A stretch of DNA of 64,000 nucleotides from the human T2T-CHM13v2.0 reference genome, Homo sapiens (GCF_009914755.1 NC_060940.1); one strand, 5' to 3'. Shown: positions 44,286-58,472, counted from the stretch's first letter. Program-made: numbers and translations. The notes: generated from the letters alone by a model not told the origin.

Positions 44286-45625
44286 CCCACCCAGTGCAAC
44301 TCCCTAGAAAGGACAAAATGCCTACCCATGCCCCTCCTAGGAGACAGTTTTGATGCTAGCATGATAAAAGGTAGGGAACTGGGTCTCAGTCATGAGAGTG
44401 CAGATGGGGAGAGCCCTAGGAGAAGAAATAAACCAAGAGACAAGTTGGAGACCAGAAGCCACCACCCCAATCATATCTATTCCTGCTGAAGGTGTGCCCA
44501 TTATGCACACACACACATCCTCTACATGCTGATCACTGCAAGGCATAGCTGGGGCATCACTGTATTTCATCTTCACAACAACTTTCTAAGATGGGTTTTA
44601 CTATCCCTCCTTACAAATGGTGGAATCAAGGTCTTGGGCAAATAAGTTACTTACCCAAATGTAACCAATAAGCAACAGATCTGGAATTTGAATCTCCCTG
44701 TTTAGTTGCAAGAATTATCCTTTGACCAAGACCCTGTTCCTCCTCTCCATGGAAAGATAACTTTATATACTTCCTAATCTGTGGCAAAAGTTGATTAATT
44801 ATGATCACGTGTGGGTGAAAATGAACCAAAGCACTTTAACCTCAGGCTGATTGATATTTGCTGATTCAACCTCTTGTTAGATCCTAATGACATCAAGAAA
44901 CCAAGAGAGAGATTCAATGGCAATACCCATTCAAAGCATCCCAACAGCAGTGTTTCTAAAGGCCTGGCCCTTGGTAGGTACTCAGTGAATTAATGAATGA
45001 AAGAAGTGATGACCAGCTTTGCCATGGTTGTTTAGCTGTCAAATTGCGTTTCATCCTCACAATAAACAGGGAAACAGTTTTTTATCCCCATTATACAGAT
45101 AAGAAGGTGAGAACCCAAAGAGGTTGAAATGACTGGTCTAAGGATCCCCAGAAGGGAGTGGCAGCACCAGAAACAGCTAGGTCTATTTATATACACTAGG
45201 AAAATTTCCTCCAGGATGTTAACACCCGAGCCTGTTGTTTAGACAGTGAATCCTCAAAACCATGTTAAAGAGAAGCCTATCTTTACTTAATGAAGCCCAA
45301 TGATCTTTAAAAATAGTGCTGCTATTTATTGTATTTCTGGAGCTCACAGAAGCTGAGTGGAATATTTTAATGCCATGTTCTGAGAAAGATGCAGGTTTTA
45401 ACCAGAGATGCAATTGGCAAACCATAAGAATAGACTTGCCTGTGATATTTGGACAAATTCTCCTTTCTGCTTCCTTCTTTGAGGCTTCTCAACGGCATCT
45501 TCTCCTTGATTGAGACCAAAGACAGAATAATAGGAGGTCTGCTTCTCACTTCTGAGTCTATATATCATAGGTTAAATGATTTATCAATTGCCAACTCCAG
45601 GCCAATCTCCATCACCCTCAGGCAC

Positions 45626-45796
45626 TCAATCAATTAATACTGACACTAAGTGGGGTGACTCTGCTGGGGCTTCCTCCTCTAAAGTTCTAAGACAGCAACA
45701 AATGGCTAGCACTTTATTAGGTGCCACGGAGAGAAAGAAGACAAGAGTACGCTCCCTCTTATGCTTTGTTCTTAGTGAAGAGATTATATTACAGGC
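45626..45796 (-). other. Candidate last coding exon of the minus-strand exon chain
   Basis: Long pyrimidine tract ...ttatttctgctttag|GCC; 56 open codons in phase 0 to TGA at 45626-45628. Confidence 0.3.
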
Positions 45797-46769
45797 CTAA
45801 AGCAGAAATAACCAGGGAGCAAATATAAGACAAAAAGAATCTCCATACAACCCAGTGGAGGCCACCTGAAACGGCAACTTCTTTCTGCATGACCCCCTCC
45901 AGTGTGAACCAATTCCTCCTGCTTCAAACACATTAGTCCACAGAAAGTAACAAGCCAGGAATTTGAATGCAATGTAGACAACAACTTTATTTTGCACGAT
46001 TATTTTCCATTCTCATTAAACTGCTGATTAATGTGTCCCATTTTTTGTTTTCTTTTTATGATCTTTGCACAATAAAAAACAATGCCATCACTGACTTTTA
46101 ATTTGTACACTACAGCACACATCCTGCTCCGTCAGTTCTGAAGATGGTCCCCACCGCTAGAGTCGACTTTCTTACAATGATACTGCCCTCCTCTGTCCCT
46201 TAGGCTCCCTCCCTCTATCTGGGGCCTGCTGTGCTTTCTCAAAGCTGTTTTATCAATATCTCTGCCAGCCTCCATGTTCAGGCACAAGAGCTGAGATCGC
46301 TGACAAGGCCAGCTTCACTTCTCCAAAGAATCCAGCCCCTGCCTGCCTCCCTGTGAGCAGAAACTGCACAGCTTAGGGCTCCTCCTTTGTTAATTAGGAT
46401 CAAATCTCAATCCCTGATAACCCAAAGAAAGGAAAAGGCAGCCAGTCAGGCTAAGAGGCTGTAAAAGAACTTCCGCTAATCCTCCCAAAGCACTCAAGAG
46501 AAGGCTTTCTGCCAAGTCAGGGTCATTTAATGTATTCACCTTTGGAAAAGATATTAAAAATGATTAAGTTCATTAAAAAAGAAAGAAAAGAAACCTCCTC
46601 TAAAGCAATGACCTCTACTCAGCAGCTGTGATAAAACAAGTACCTTTTCTTAGGATCTGAAATGTGCTAAAAATTTCAACAAAACTATGTAGAAAGGCAA
46701 GGTACACCCACACCAGGGAGTGAATCTTTCTGGCTACCAAACCAGCAGGAGTCAGAAGCAAACATCACT

Positions 46770-47050
46770 CTAGGCTTGGTGCTACAGAGGGATCAGAAGG
46801 GGGTAATATAGTCTCTGTCCTCAAATATCTTACAGTCTGGAGAAAGAGATGACACATATACGGAAGATAAACTACCTGATTCGTACAGAGTGGACACAGT
46901 AAGAGATCCCTGGAGAGGGGACTTAACGTGCTGAACCTTAAATGAGGAGTTGAATTTGGAAGAGCAGGGAGGAAGATGAGACATTCCAGGCACAGAATAT
47001 TTTGAGCCAGTGCAGGAAATTTACAATAAGGGAAATGCATGTCTGGCCCA
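46770..47050 (-). mobile_element. L2 fragment
   Basis: gtctctgtcctcaaatatcttacagtctggag...ctgaaccttaaatgagg...acattccaggcacag. Confidence 0.6.
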
Positions 47051-47695
47051 GAGGGAAAGTGGGTAAGACAGATGGAGTCTTTAAGAGCTTAAACACCAAC
47101 CAACGAGCTGTGAGGTTGCTGTAAACATCAGGGCAAGTGTATTTTTACATGAAAGAGGATGAACAAGATCACCTCTTGACTGGACTCTTTTCTATTTCTA
47201 TCTCCAGAGCTCTGAATTCTCAAGTTTCTGTCATGTTCTTTCCTTCCATTATTTTTCCTCTCTGAATTACCTCAAGAAGTTTTCAACTGGGGACGGTACT
47301 CATCCACAGAGCATTTAAAAATGTCTGTGGACCATTTGGAGTCATAATTATGATTGAGGAGCAAAAGTGGCCTTTATTGGTGGAGGGTAAGGTTGCAAAA
47401 TGCCCCTCATTGCTCAAGGAAGAGGTGTCCTGACTAAACTGGCAATATCGCTCCTTTGAGTTGCACCTGCTGTGATAACAATTATGACGATAACAAAACA
47501 ACAATAATAAACTCACAGATCTAATTAGTTCTATGAGAGCTAAACTGGGTCCATCGAAGTCAAAATATTCTATTTACGCATGGTGACAGGCTCTGCAAAT
47601 GTTCACAGGGGACATGGCTGCCTTTCATTTCTGAGTAGACCACAGCCACACCCAACTTGCTGCATCCTCTTCCTGCAACTTTCAACATAACTTAC

Positions 47696-47723
47696 CTTCA
47701 TGGATGAACTGTAAGAGCCCTTT
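47696..47723 (-). other. Candidate 28-nt micro-exon
   Basis: ctttgctttgttttcctatctttag|AAAGGGCTCTTACAGTTCATCCATGAAG|gtaagt; near-consensus sites on both sides. Confidence 0.45.
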
Positions 47724-48523
47724 CTAAAGATAGGAAAACAAAGCAAAGTGGATGGTGTCATCATGTCCTCTCCCAATAGTTCCAAAACTCACAGGGTCAT
47801 CATGACCTTGTATTTCAAAGAAGGAATTGTGGTTTATTGTCATGGCACAACAAAGAATGAATGTTCTCCTTATAAGTCTGCTTTCCTACATCAACTATAG
47901 AAAATACTTAAAACGTGATATGGGCATATTGACCATTGCTCCTCTCATAACAGGAAATGGGTTCTGATTCAAGGCTTGCTGAACTTGCCAAAGGGAAGAG
48001 GAAGAGAAAGAGAAAATTTCTCATGTGGTGTGCTAGGCATCAATGTAGCAGGCTGAACAACCTGAAAGAGTTTTAAGGAAGTAGCCAAGATTAGCATGAG
48101 GATTATGCGGTCCTGAATGACCCAATCAGATTAGAATAGGACCTTGGCGGTGTGACTTAATTTTGTGGAAGGAAAACAAATTAGATTTAGCAATACTTTA
48201 GGGCCCTAACCAAGCATATTGGAACTCCAGGAAAGATCTCCATTCATCAATTCAACACATACCACTAGGCATCTACTATGAGCCAGGATGCCAGGGTTTT
48301 TCTACATGCTATAGTGACCTGGACAATGCTCCCTACATTCACAGCCCAAACTGAAGTATTAAGCTAAATCTAAAGCTGAAGTCCTTTTGGAGTCCCCTAC
48401 AGATTGTGGCAGGGGCAAGAAAGGCTGATATCAAGGATACCAAATAAGGGGACAGCAAGAATCACTCCACAGCCATCCGGCCAGGCTTGCCTGAAACTCA
48501 GGGCTGGAGGATGTCGGTGGGAG

Positions 48524-48627
48524 TAGGATGACCAACCATCCTGATTTTCCAGAAACTGAGGGGTCTCTAGGCACAGGAACTTTGTCCAGGAAAATCCTAG
48601 ATAAACTGGGATGAATTGGTTGCGGTA
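48524..48627. mobile_element. MER94-like (hAT-Blackjack) MITE
   Basis: taggatgaccaaccatcctg...aaactgggatgaattggt terminal inverted structure. Confidence 0.7.
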
Positions 48628-49799
48628 GGCAGGAGACACCATCTTTTGTAGCTGGGAAGGACTGAAATAGGCAGAATTTGAGAGGCTGAGCCCAGCCTGG
48701 ACTTTTTGCTTCACTCCACCTCCGAGCTCCTTCCTGCTTCTTCCCAGTTTCACCATGTTTCTTTCCCTGACTCTGTTCCCCCATTTTAGGTCTTGAGGCA
48801 CCACAGTGTGCTGTTAATTTGGTGTGTCCAGTTAAAACCCTTGAGTCTTATTTGACCAATACTACTAATCTACTCATACCACTACTACCCCTGACACCAA
48901 GATAACTACCATTCATTGAGCATCTAATACATGATGGGTGGGGGCTTTCCATAGTTTAGCTAATCGAATCCTCATAACTGTTCTGTAAGAGAAGGAGGAT
49001 TCCTATGGTAGAGACTGGAAATTGAGACTCAGGGAAATTGACTAGCTGAGAGACTCACTTCTAAACCTATTGGCAAGTAGAATAACCCCTGTTATCATCA
49101 GACCTTGGAGTCCTATAGTCCTTCCCACCCAAGTCATCTTCCAACTCCAACCAAGAAAAGGGGATTTTCATAGCATCATCCAGATTTGTACACTTTTCTG
49201 ATGACTCAGGATGCCCCTGGAAGCCAAGCCAGGGAAAGCCACCATATGGTGAAACATTCTCTTCTAGACTAGCAATATTTACTTGTTTATAACCTTCAGT
49301 ATGAAAAACATCCTTGAGGCCTTTATAAGTGATACAATCCCTTACAGCAGGTTTCTAGAAATGCAACACTTTTCTAACACTTCAGACCTTTAGGAACAAC
49401 ATGGAGAATTCCTATTAACAACTACCCTTTTTACCAGGCATTAAATGTGACACAACACTTCCAGTGCAGGGATATCCTTCTTGAGAAGACCCTATAATGA
49501 ACCTCTTCATTTATACTTTTATTTTGCCTTTAAAAAGGAGCCAAGAGGCATGGGGCAGAGTTGAGGCTGGACATTACAAACTCCGTGTCCTTCAGCTCAG
49601 TCTTTCCAACAAACCTTCGCAGATGAGGAAATGGAGGTGGAGAAAGGATAAGTTCCTTGAGCAAGGCCATAAGGCTAGTTAGTAAAGAACCTGGGATTTG
49701 AGTCCAGGTCTCTGGACCAAACCTGTTGCTCTGTCTCTCCTCTTGAACTATTCACTCCTGCTCATGGAGGGGGTGCAGAAGAAGGGACAAGAAATATTC

Positions 49800-50110
<311 letters not shown>

Positions 50111-50229
50111 TATTCCAGTGTTTTCCAAAATGGCTAAGTTTAAACACCACCACAATTCTTTCCTCCTGAAAGGCTCCAATAATCCGTTTTCATATCACAT
50201 GGGGGAAATGTGTATTTTGAAAAGTTTCA

Positions 50230-50464
50230 GAGGCTGAGGCGGGTGGATCACCTGAGATCAGGAGTTTAAGACCAGCCTAACATGGTGAAACCCCATCTCT
50301 ACTAAAAATACAAAAATTAGCTGGGCGTGGTGGCAGGAGCCTCTAATCCCAGCTACTCGGGAGGCTGAGGCAGCAGAATCGCTCGGGAGAAGGTTGCAAT
50401 GAGCCAAGATCGTGCCATTTCACTCCAGGCTGGGCAAAAGAGCAAAACTCCATCTCAAAAAAAA
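50230..50464 (+). mobile_element. 5'-truncated AluS with small internal deletions
   Basis: TSD aaaagtttca at 50220-50229 and 50465-50474. Confidence 0.9.
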
Positions 50465-50823
50465 AAAAGTTTCAAAGATGATTCTAATAAGACACCTCAC
50501 ATTTGCAGTTTTAAATCTTTACAGACCCTCAAGCCTCCTAGGAGCAGGGATTCAGGACTGAAGCCCACAGATGAACATCTCAAAGAATGTGAACCTCCTG
50601 AGAAACATCCAGTATTCTGTGCACATACCATGTGCATTATTCCAGGAGCCAGAACAATTTCCATTAGATTCTCAAACCAGTCCCTACTCGAGGCAAGCTT
50701 AGAAACTACTCCTTTGGAGAAAATGAGTTTCTTCTAAAGCAGTGATATGAATTCTATCCTTTCCAGCCTCAACAGGCCCTGGACACATGTAATTGTAAGC
50801 CATTATTCAGGCCACTCACTTAC

Positions 50824-50989
50824 CTTGCATTTAAGGGAATGATATTTCCCCAACTTAATGTAGTATTGCTATTGGCAAATAGATCACTCTCAGAGTTATC
50901 GAGCCCGCCAACTTTTATATCCACCAAGGTAAAAGCATTCATCAGATTTTGTCTTTTCATTCTCTTAACTGGCTTTAATAGATTTCTGT
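50824..50989 (-). other. Candidate 166-nt exon with a single open frame
   Basis: Donor CAAG|gtaagt; acceptor ccttttgatcctag|AC; only the phase-1 frame is open (DRNLLKPVKRMKRQ...IPLNAR). Confidence 0.4.
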
Positions 50990-51280
50990 CTAGGATCAAA
51001 AGGTTGGCTGAACACTGTCCATGCATAAAGTTTTGTGGGTTAATGAAGATGATCATTAGCTGCTCATGCTCACTCTCAGCTTCATGATTTGTTAAGCAGA
51101 GACTCTGTTTCTATCACAGTTGCTCTGCTGGGATCAACCTGTGTGTGTGGAATGTTCAAACAGACGAAAGCCCCTTGGAGGAAACCTGACTGGTTTCTGA
51201 GTACCAGTCTTGGCACTCACCATCCAGATAGGGTGCTTTTCTCTCTGTTTGGCCCTGCTACACCATTGTGGTAGGAAATT

Positions 51281-51582
51281 TACTTTGTTTTAGAGACAAG
51301 GTCTTGCTTTATTGCCCAGGCTGGAGTGCAGTGCTGTGATCACAGTTCACTGCAGCCTCGAACTCTTGGGCTCAAGTGAACCTCCCACCTCACCCTCCCT
51401 AGTAGCTGTGACTACAGGTACATGCCACCACACCTGGCTAATTTTTTAAAATTATTATTCTTTTTAGAGACAGGTTCTGGTTATGTTGACCAGGCTAGTC
51501 TCAAACTCCTGACCTCAAGCAATCCTCCCACCTCAGCCTCCCAAAATGGTGGGATTACACAGGTGAGCCACCATGTGTGGCC
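51281..51582 (-). mobile_element. AluJ
   Basis: gatcacagttcactgcagcctcgaactcttgggctcaag J-type features. Confidence 0.9.
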
Positions 51583-51729
51583 TAGAATTTTTGTTTGAAC
51601 ATTTGTGAGCAATCCTATCCCTGTTTCAATCACTTTCTTACGTTCTCTGCTGGTGTGTGTCTTTTCCACCAATGGTTATAGCAATCTATCCACTGTATTT
51701 CTGTCTTTCTGTGCAGTGAACATTATTAT

Positions 51730-52040
51730 GTTCATGGGTCCAAACACCTAGTAGGCATCTACCACGTGCCAGGTGGGCTGCTAGGCACTGAAGAATAAAA
51801 GTGAGATGGGACATATGATCTAGGTCCTCATGGAGCTCCTCACAGGCCTGTGGAAGAAAGACATGGATCAGCACAGTGAGATAAGAGCTTAGGTGGGGCT
51901 GGGTTGCCTGCAGGAGAAAACACTGGATCTGGAAGAGATGAATGGGTGAATAGGAAGTGCATGGAGAACAGGCTGATTCCAGGCAGAGGAAATAGTATGC
52001 ACTGGGCAAGGGAGCAGCCAACAACAAGGCATGTCATGGA
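51730..52040 (-). mobile_element. L2 fragment
   Basis: gcatctaccacgtgccagg...ctaggcactg...cctcatggagctc...attccaggcagagg. Confidence 0.7.
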
Positions 52041-52161
52041 CCAAGCCCATCACAATGGCTGAAATAGAGATTGTCTGTCAATCACGCAGACATCACTGTT
52101 CCTCTTTTAGAAATGCAAGCAGTTTCGAAAGGTTAGTTGGTTTGCTCAGAAGTGAAGCTTG

Positions 52162-52814
52162 TGTTATTGGCTAAATATTTATGTCCCTAACCTCCCAAAT
52201 CCGTATGTTGAAGCCCTAGCCCCCAGTGTGATTGTATTGAGATAAGGTCATGAGGGTGGGACCCTCATAATGGGATTAGTGCCTTTATAAGAAAAGGAAG
52301 ACAGATCAAATGCAGTGGCTCACACTTATAATTCCAGCGCTTTGGGAGGACAAGACAGGCAGATCACTTGAGGTCAGGAGTTCAAGACCAGTGTGGCCAA
52401 CATGGCAAAACCTGGTCTGTACTAAAAATACAAAAAGTAGCTGGGCATGGTGGCATGCACTTGTAATCCCAGGTACTCCAGAGGCTGAGGCAGGAGAATC
52501 ATTTGAACTTGGGAGGTGGAGGTTGCAGTGAGCCAAGGTCATGCCACTGCACTCCAGCCTAGGTGATAGGGCAAGACTGCATCTCAAAAATAAAAAAAGA
52601 AGAAGGCAGATCATGAGCATGCACCAAGGAAAGGCCCTGTGAGCACACAGCAAGGAGGAAACTGTCTACAGGCCAAGCAGCAGCCCTCACCAAGAACCCC
52701 ATCTGCTGGCACCTTGATCTTGGACTTTTCAGCCTCTGGAACTGTAAGAAATACATGTTTGTTGCTTAAGCCACCCAGACTGTGGTGTTTTATTACAGCA
52801 GCCCAAGCTAAGAC
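52162..52814 (+). mobile_element. MLT1A-like LTR interrupted by Alu
   Basis: tatgttgaagccctagcccccagtgtg...gctggcaccttgatcttggactt...gcagcccaagctaagaca. Confidence 0.88.
52309..52598 (+). mobile_element. AluSx/Sz-like
   Basis: Dimeric Alu; TSD approximately gaag(a/g)cagatca. Confidence 0.9.
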
Positions 52815-53669
52815 AGTTGCTATCTCAGGAAGCTTTGAGAACTAAGCCTGCAAACCCAAAGGACAGAGACCTCAGTGACCCGTGATATCTGGAGCTGAGC
52901 CATTTGGAGGTGCCCAAGGCAGGAGGTATGGGGAATAGGAAGAGGAAAGGGCCTTCCATTTGCTACCGGATGGCTACATGCCAGATACTCTCCCTGTGTT
53001 TTCTTATCTTAGAGATGAGGGCACTGAGGCTCAAGAGATTAAGAATTTTGCCCAAGACTGCACAGTAATTTATTGGTGGCCTCTGCAGTCCCTGTTCCCT
53101 GATGATTTTATGGGCTGTAACTCTTTGCTGGCCAAATCAAAATGCCACCCCTTTGGCTTATTGAGATTCCAGAAGGAGTGCAATTAGTTTGTTTTGTTTG
53201 TTTTTTGAAAAGCACTGTTTGATGCAAATATATAACCTGACAAAAATATTCACCAATGCGTTTTATGTGTCAAGATGCTATACTGGGCACTTCATACACA
53301 ATATGTCTAATTATGGCAATAGCCCAGCCAGCTACCTGGTACTGCTCTCGTTTTACATTTAGACAGAATAGCTCAGGGAGGGTTCTGAACCTGCAAAGTC
53401 CCACAGTGTTAAAGCCTGGGTTGAAACCTTGAAGGGAAAGTTCATGGGAACAAGAACTTATTTTCTTCAAGTGACAAAAAACATGGAGGAAAAGTTTAAG
53501 CAGATAATCTAAGACCCAATATTCAAAAAAGCTTGACCAAACCAGAACAATAGGCTTAGAATAACCAGATGTTTCTAAGATTCTAGGGTTATTTTTAAAA
53601 TAAAACATATGACAGTGAGACATGTAACATGGCAGCAGCTGATATAATAGAGACTTAGAAATGGCTGAA

Positions 53670-53757
53670 GGTACCAGGGGACCACAAGCTCAATGTAAAC
53701 CGATAGCATGTTGTGGTTGCCAACATGAATTTAGGCTGCACTAATAGAATTAGAGTA
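53670..53757 (+). mobile_element. L3/CR1 fragment
   Basis: gaccacaagctcaat...gtggttgcca...ttaggctgcactaatagaa matches recalled CR1 3' ORF2 motifs. Confidence 0.65.
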
Positions 53758-54867
53758 GCACTGGGAAAGCCTGCTTGCTTTGGTGACTTTAATTATCCCA
53801 TTTGCTGAAAATGAGTGGAGTGGAATAAGTGAGTGTTCTCAAGTTCCCATGATAAGAGAATACCCATCATTAGCTAGTTCCAGTTCTTACTCACTGGGAA
53901 GTGGAAGCAATGTCAGGCACATCCTGTTTGGAATGTAAAGAGAGCATAATGTCAAAGAAAACATGCACAACCCAAGGCTGATCAACAAAACTGGCTCTTG
54001 AAACTAGATCCTTGATCTAGATCCTAGATCACTACACTCCCGGCAAATGCAGGCCTGGGATCTTGGCAGAGACCAATTCAGGTAATAACCCAAGACAGAC
54101 GTAGCCACTGCCTATTGCAGAAAGCTAAGAATGCTGTGCTGAGTACCCATGACCCACAGATCATCTCGGATTTGAACAAAAACAATGCTTTAAACATGTA
54201 AATAAAGTGGACTTTGGGTAGAAGCACAGGATGTAACATTTATTAACAAAGTGACCTTAATGCAATCAATATGGGAGACTTTGCAAATATCCAAGAAGGC
54301 TTTCTATCCTAAGAAAAACCATCATCAGGTGGAAAAGAACACCTTCAGACATCCCTGGGATGGATTCATACTCACATCTAAGTCATTCCCAAGAGCTTGG
54401 ATTATCTTCTCCTACTCCTATGCCCCCATGGCAGTTGGTTTATTGTGGTTTCTCAAGTTCAGATGTAATTAACATTTGACTCTTTGCCTCTGCTGAAAGA
54501 GAACTTATAAGAAAGCCTATTGTCATATCCAGTGGACATGTGTTGGTGCACGCTTGCTGCAGGAGACTATGCTAGGCTTTGGGGCCACAAGGATCTGTGA
54601 GAACCCGGCCTATCCTCAAAGAGGCCACCATCTGAAGCCAAGTCGGACACACACCTACAAAACTTAATTTGTGTTATAGCACAGACCAAGGCCATGCAAA
54701 ATGTGGGGTTTAAATGCTGGCTGTTGATTTTCTAGAGTGGTAATAGTTAATGGAGCTGAAATGACCCTTTCTTGCTTATTTACTAAATTTTCAACAAAAT
54801 AAGTCAGCTTCTTTTAGAAAACCCAAGATGACCAACCAAAGAGAATATGATGTGAAGCTTAAACTAG

Positions 54868-55198
<331 letters not shown>

Positions 55199-55828
55199 AG
55201 AGAGAATTTCTTACAACTCTTCTGGCACTTTTACTAGGACTGCTAATAAACCTCACCCCTTCCAAAGCTTGGGGTGCGGATGGGGGTGATTGGAGGAAGA
55301 GGAGGAATTCCATAAGGATGCCCACTTAGGAGAATACCACCTCTCCAAGTGCCTGTATCATATGGAGGGTTCATGGGGTTTAATCACTCCGGTTGAAGAC
55401 TATTCAGCTTTTTAAATTTTGGTTACCTCAGCATTTTTCAAGGATTTTTCACCTCCAATCAGCCTCTACTACACATCTTTTGCATTGTCGTTGTTGTTTC
55501 TGGGTTTGTTTTGTTGTTTTTGCTATTTTGTTCATAACACTACTAATCACCTCAAGAATCCCAATTTAGGAAAACTGCGTAAGACCAGTGCCAAGACTCA
55601 CACACACATATTTACACATTCACTGGGCAAAAAGAAAAGAAGGCTGGTCTGTAAATAGCTGTTATCTTTATGTGATGTGTTTCTATTTTACTTTATTTTC
55701 ATTGTAATACTTTTCTGTATTTCTAAAGCTTCCAAATTATTTTACTTTCATAATTCAGGAGAAATTATTTCTTGGTTTGAAACCAAATAGATGGCCATTT
55801 GTGGTATTCAGAGATGCTTTTTACTTAC

Positions 55829-55901
55829 CACTGTGCCAGTTGTAGAAGTTGAAGTTATTTTTTACAGATATTTGGGGATTTTTTTTAATAGTTTGAAGTT
55901 G
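55829..55901 (-). other. Candidate 73-nt exon
   Basis: cctctatttccatgtctcag|CAA ... GTG|gtaagt; open in phase 0, ends in phase 1. Confidence 0.35.
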
Positions 55902-56026
55902 CTGAGACATGGAAATAGAGGATATTTAGATAGCCTTTTTTCTGTACCAGTGTTTCTTAAAGTACAATTCCTGGGCCAGCCGTATCACCTGGGGACTTAC
56001 AAATACAAACATCTCCCCTCTACAAA

Positions 56027-56029
<3 letters not shown>

Positions 56030-56060
<31 letters not shown>
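56030..56060. repeat. (CA)15 microsatellite
   Basis: Direct inspection. Confidence 0.97.
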
Positions 56061-56063
<3 letters not shown>

Positions 56064-56105
56064 GGTTTAAGAACCATGTATTCTAGGCTTCAAGAGTCCT
56101 AAGCA

Positions 56106-56410
56106 GGTCCAGGCATGGTGGCTCACACCTTTAATTCCCAGCATTTTGGGAGGCTGGGCGGGCAGATTGCTTGAGGTCAGGAGTTCAAGACCAGCCTAGC
56201 CAACATGGTGAAACCCTGTCTCAAAAAAAAAAAAAAGGCTCCAAATTAGCTGCATGTGGTGGTGCATGCCTGTAATCTCAGCTACTCAGGAGACAGGTTG
56301 GACAATCGCTTGTACCTGGGAAGAAGTTGCAATGAGCAGAGATTGCGCCACTCCAACACTCCAGCCTGGGTGACAATGTGAGACTCTGTCTCAAAAAAAA
56401 AAAAAAAAAA
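56106..56410 (+). mobile_element. AluS/J-age element with altered A-rich linker
   Basis: TSD aagagtccta(a/g)gca at 56092-56105 and 56411-56424. Confidence 0.9.
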
Positions 56411-58305
56411 AAGAGTCCTAGGCAGGCTCTCTATATTACCGGTGGCTTGATGATTCCAATTTTTCTCCTTTCCAACTGTCACCCACCGTCAGCTTGTTCT
56501 CCAGGTCAGCGGAGGTTGGGGAAGCAGCCATCGCCTAAGTAAATTCCTGCAGGTGTCTGTGAGGAGTAACAAGTTGCCTCATCTTAATCAGCCTTCAGCG
56601 GTTGTTGTTTTCATTAGTCAAACTGCATCAATCAGCAAGCGGGTGCTACAGCTGGAGAGCTCCAGGCACCAGGAGTAGTAATGAGGAACTTCCCTCGACT
56701 TTCCCTAAGCGGGGTCTCTCCCACCTCCCCTCACCCCTCCTCAGGGAGCCCAGCCATGCAGGCGCACTGTTCAGCATGCAGTGGACCCCTTTCCTCTCCA
56801 GCTTCACTGTGCCCTCTGCACAGTGCCAGTGCTCACCCACAGACAGGAGGGATGTTTCAGCTGGGATGCAACCCAGAGACCATCCCTGCCAAACCCCTCA
56901 TTTAACAGGTGAGAATTCGAGGTCCAAAGAAGGCAGGAATAGGGCATGTCCAACCTTGGAACTCCAAATTTCTGCTTCTCAATTCAAATCCCTTTGTGTG
57001 ACACCCTAATGCGAGCTGAATATTTTTATGAAATAAATACACATAGCAAAGAATCAGTCACCATCTTGTTATTGCAACAGATAGGATGTCAGTATCTATC
57101 ATCTATCGGTCACCGTGTAAAGCTGTACCATTGAGGACAGATTGCAAATTACACAAAATAGCCTTGCATGATGCTCTTTTCCAGGGCTGTTTTAAGGATC
57201 CCAGTCTGCCCTTTACTCAAATCATAGCAATCAGTAACCATTTTGCCCCTGGTCTTTTCAGGCCCTGCCAACCCATGATTGAGGCAGTGGGAGGTGCTGG
57301 GAAAAGATGACTGGCTTCCAGCAGTCCCTGACCCGCTGCTCACTCTAAATGTGACCTTGAACATGTTACTTAAAAAATCTGGCTTCAGTCCTCCCATCTT
57401 TGAAACATAGGGGCTAGTTAATGAACTCCAAGGGCCTTCCCATGGACAATAAGGCACACTTCATTCTTATTTCCAATTTGTTGGCACTGGACAAACAAAA
57501 ATGTCTCCTACAAGCCGCCGGAGACAGGCAGTGTCTGCCCTGCCTGGGCCTCCTTAGTCACCTGCACTCATCAGCATCCTCATTGCAAGGTTCAATACAG
57601 TTCACGGCATTTGGGAGTCAGAAGTCCTGACAACTGACGGCATGGCCAGAAAACCAGCCTTAGCAGGCTCATCTGGCATTCCAGTGACATTTGGCTCTGG
57701 CAGGAACTGTCCCGGACCCTCTGGATGGCTGTCTTGGATGTTATGAAATTAGAGATTAGAATACAGAACATTGACGCATCCCCTCTCCACCCTGTGAACA
57801 TTGGAGACTCTTTGGCCTTTTGCAGCCCTGAGAAGAGCCAGTCCCCACTCAGGGCAGCTGGAGTCGAGTTGGTCTTAAATTACCTAAAGATTCTGAGTGC
57901 TGGGCCTGGGCTCCATTTGTTTACAAAATAGGCACTTTCAAAGGCCCTTTACTAGGGACTGGCAATTCCCCGGTCCCCTGCTATAGGCTGATGCATAATG
58001 CATAAGATGCTGGGAAATGTGTATTCATGAGGGCAGCCTGGCTTTTGTCAAAAAGAACTGTGAAATATTATGATGGAACAATTTTCATTTCTGCCACATT
58101 GTTTTTATAGTGCATTCATGACTGGGGATTGAGGGCTTTTTGAGTTTTGTCTGGTGCAGATGTTGCCGTGCTGAGAGCTGCTTCAGACGTCCGTATTTTC
58201 CAACTTTGTTGCTGACAATTACACGAAGGTGGGGAGGGGGCTCTCACAGGGAGACAAAGAATATACGTCCTCAAGTGATCTTGCCATAATTCATCCAGGA
58301 GAGCG

Positions 58306-58472
58306 GAACAAGAGAGGAGGGAAGGAAGAGAGGGAGGAAGGGGGAGAAGAGGAAGAAGTGAAGGAGGGAGGGAGAGAAAGAGGGAAGGAGAGGAGGGAAG
58401 GAGAGAAGAGAAGGAGAGAAAGAGGGAAGGAGAGGAGGGAAGGAGAGAAGAGAGGGAGAGAAGGAGGGAGGC
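58306..58472. repeat. GA-rich polypurine tract containing a 42-bp tandem duplication (58371-58454)
   Basis: ggagagaaagagggaaggagaggagggaaggagagaagaga(a/g) twice. Confidence 0.9.

Noticed and set aside
54003-54031. Micro-tandem/palindromic ctagatc repeats
   Set aside because: Tiny slippage-type duplication with no supporting context.
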